Below, in pieces: positions 62,283-64,000 of a stretch of DNA of 64,000 nucleotides. The notes under the pieces are model-generated. The model did not search any database, was not told the DNA's origin, and was given only the letters and a program-made list of their open reading frames with translations. Within the stretch, counting starts at the first letter, position 1. Each line of letters opens with the position of its first letter. Both the position numbers and the translations under genes were made by a program. Source of the DNA: an uncultured Rhodobacteraceae bacterium (GTDB lineage Bacteria; Pseudomonadota; Alphaproteobacteria; Rhodobacterales; Rhodobacteraceae); the NCBI GenBank assembly GCA_947500055.1, contig CANMQO010000002.1, positions 564,181 through 628,180 on the forward strand, in the 5' to 3' direction.

Positions 62283-62508
62283 CCAGTGGCGCCGTCCCTT
62301 TTGGTTCACCACCCTCGCCCAAGGTGATCTTGGCAACCTTTTCTTCGGCTTCCTTCAGCTTGGCCTCGCAACGGGCTTTGAGGGCCGCGCCCCGTTCATA
62401 TAGCGCGATGCTTTCATCCAGCGCGACATCGCCGCGTTCCAATTGCCCAACGACCGTTTCAAGTTCCTTGATCGCATCTTCAAAGCTCATCTGATCTACA
62501 TCGCTCAT
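62275..62508 (-). CDS. xseB: exodeoxyribonuclease VII small subunit
   Basis: 77 aa. SFEDAIKELETVVGQLERGDVALDESIALYERGAALKARCEAKL is the XseB signature. Confidence 0.9.
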   Translation of the reverse strand: MSDVDQMSFEDAIKELETVVGQLERGDVALDESIALYERGAALKARCEAKLKEAEEKVAKITLGEGGEPKGTAPLDG

Positions 62509-63428
62509 CGGCCGCGTTCCTCCAGTATCCTGACATGGGCAGCAGCAGATGCGCCCAGCGCGGGCAAGTCATAGCCGCCTTCAAGGCTTGATACCACCCG
62601 GCCATCACAGTGTTTTTCAGCCAAATCGCATAAGCGCCTCGTCACCCAGGCGAAATCTTCGGTCTCCAATGCCATGCCAGCCAATGGATCAGCCGCATGT
62701 GCATCAAATCCGGCGGAAATGATCAGAAGTTGCGGACAAAACGCATCGACACGCGGCAGTACAAGCCGCTCCATCGCATCGCGAAAACCTTCGGAACCGG
62801 TCCCATCCGGCAGGGGGACATTCAGGACGTTATCGACACCAACTTCATGGGCTGCACCCGTGCCCGGATAAAGCGGCGATTGATGGGTGGAACAAAACAG
62901 AATGCGCGGATCATCCTCGATCAGGTCCTGTGTGCCATTGCCATGATGCACGTCGAAATCCACAATTGCGACCCGATCCAGCCCGTGATGCTCCAACGCA
63001 TGTTTGGCCCCGACCACCACATTGCCGAAAAAGCAAAAACCCATGGCGGTCTGCCGTTCCGCGTGATGACCCGGGGGGCGGATGGCTGCAAATGCATTTG
63101 TGGCTTCGCCACCCATCACAATATCAACGGCGCGGATGACGCCGCCTGCCGCGCGATAGGCCGCCGTCAATGTGCCCGCTGACATATGTGTATCAGCATC
63201 CAGCGAGCGCCAGCCCTCGGTTGGGGCTGCCGCATGAATAGCGTCGACATGGGCCTTTGGATGGACGCGCAACAAATCATCCTCCGCAGCCATGGGCGCC
63301 TTAACGCGAAGCAGATCAAACTCCTTCAACGCGCCAAGAACAGCATCTAACCGGGCCACCTGCTCCGGATGGCCGGGCGGTGTGACGTGATCAAGGCAGT
63401 CATCATGGGAAATCAAGGCTGTAGTCAT
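62505..63428 (-). CDS. histone deacetylase-family (HDAC/AcuC-like) amidohydrolase
   Basis: ORF 62505..63455, ATG at 63428 (MTTALISHDDCLDH). RPPGHHAE, DFDVHHGNGTQ, EGGY. Confidence 0.85.
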   Translation of the reverse strand: MTTALISHDDCLDHVTPPGHPEQVARLDAVLGALKEFDLLRVKAPMAAEDDLLRVHPKAHVDAIHAAAPTEGWRSLDADTHMSAGTLTAAYRAAGGVIRAVDIVMGGEATNAFAAIRPPGHHAERQTAMGFCFFGNVVVGAKHALEHHGLDRVAIVDFDVHHGNGTQDLIEDDPRILFCSTHQSPLYPGTGAAHEVGVDNVLNVPLPDGTGSEGFRDAMERLVLPRVDAFCPQLLIISAGFDAHAADPLAGMALETEDFAWVTRRLCDLAEKHCDGRVVSSLEGGYDLPALGASAAAHVRILEERGR

Positions 63429-63650
63429 GTTGTCAGAGAACCCATTTTCAATCATGAGTACAACAGGGATATTGCAAAAAAGACCTTATGCCTCGGTTAC
63501 AACTTTGATGCGTTCACCCGACGCAAACACAAGCCCTCCCACTAGGCCAAGATCGTGGTAGGGTCAGACTACGCGCGCCGATCGCTTCGCCGGGTGTATG
63601 ATTTTCTGGTCGACGACCTGAAGCGGTAGGCTGAAGGGGATACGGTCCCG

Positions 63651-64000
63651 CTATGTCCTGCTAAAGGAACCCACGACCTCGACATGTGGCGACCAGCGAA
63701 ACTGATCCACCACCCGCACCCAGTTCATGGCGAAGCCTGCATCGATCAATGTGGTCGAATCGCGTGCGAAAGTGACAGGGTTGCAGGACACCATGGCTAT
63801 GGTGCCGATATCCGATTGTGCCAGCGTTGCGATCTGTGCCTCTGCCCCGGCGCGAGGTGGGTCGATTACTGCGGCGTCAAACTGCGCCAGCTCATCCGGT
63901 TCAAGCGGTCGCCGGAACAAGTCCCGTGTTTCAGTGGTCACCTTGCGCAGCTGGTGCCCGGCCCGCCATCCGCGGTCGAGCGCATCCAACATATCACCAC
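63651..64000 (-). CDS. class I SAM-dependent RNA (uracil-5-)-methyltransferase (TrmA/RumA-like), C-terminal part; 5' end outside window
   Basis: ORF 63651..63992, frame open to the window edge. FDAAVIDPPRAGA and VSCNPVTFARD are characteristic of RumA/TrmA-type methyltransferases. Confidence 0.7.
   Translation of the reverse strand, partial: GDMLDALDRGWRAGHQLRKVTTETRDLFRRPLEPDELAQFDAAVIDPPRAGAEAQIATLAQSDIGTIAMVSCNPVTFARDSTTLIDAGFAMNWVRVVDQFRWSPHVEVVGSFSRT

Noticed and set aside
63456-63650. The 195-nt intergenic region between the methyltransferase and HDAC-family genes as a possible small RNA, tRNA or riboswitch.
   Set aside because: I found no cloverleaf, no convincing stem-loop and no recognisable riboswitch core by eye. 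It is most likely just a terminator/promoter spacer.

Overview
GC-rich, alphaproteobacterial-looking chromosomal window; a Rhodobacterales-like origin is inferred only from the protein families and gene order. No rRNA, tRNA, CRISPR array, transposase or integrase was recognised.

(1) 0-18.2 kb: catabolic and regulatory genes.
- A truncated serine hydrolase.
- An ECF sigma factor with an NTF2/SnoaL-like tail, coupled to an SDR.
- IclR, a Gfo/Idh/MocA oxidoreductase, two MaoC hotdog proteins, a cytoplasmic SBP-fold protein and a family III CoA-transferase.
- A CUT1-type sugar ABC importer followed by a non-phosphorylative (L-fucose/L-rhamnose-like) sugar-acid operon: enolase-superfamily dehydratase, mutarotase, RraA-like protein, split UxaA dehydratase, SDR, FAH hydrolase and amidohydrolase-2 lactonase.

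(2) 18.2-21.1 kb: TetR, a fatty-acid hydroxylase-family membrane protein and a DUF418 membrane protein.

(3) 21.2-53.0 kb: a type VI secretion locus with a threonine-phosphorylation pathway, in two blocks.
- Block A (+): orf-tagH-tssA-tssB-tssC-hcp-tssE-tssF-tssG-clpV.
- Block B (-): tssK-tssL(OmpA)-tssM-tagF-pppA-ppkA.
- No vgrG, PAAR, tssJ or recognisable effector/immunity pair lies in the window.

The blocks are separated by about 9.3 kb that carries:
- a LysR regulator;
- a 54-aa ORF;
- a periplasmic operon (DUF1036, a caspase-like protein with its catalytic His replaced, and an M23+SLT peptidoglycan hydrolase);
- a translationally coupled exbB-exbD-exbD-tonB-like operon preceded by two small secreted proteins.

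Most interesting observation: the TonB-like protein has a canonical TonB N-terminal anchor (SxxxH) and a Pro/Glu-rich spacer, but its C-terminal ~200 aa is a paralogue of the periplasmic domain of the convergent, overlapping T6SS kinase PpkA. This suggests an undescribed PMF-powered input to T6SS phospho-signalling.

(4) 53.1-59.2 kb: a ~2040-aa classical autotransporter.

(5) 59.4-64 kb: housekeeping genes on the minus strand (RNA methyltransferase fragment, HDAC-family protein, xseB-ispA-dxs).
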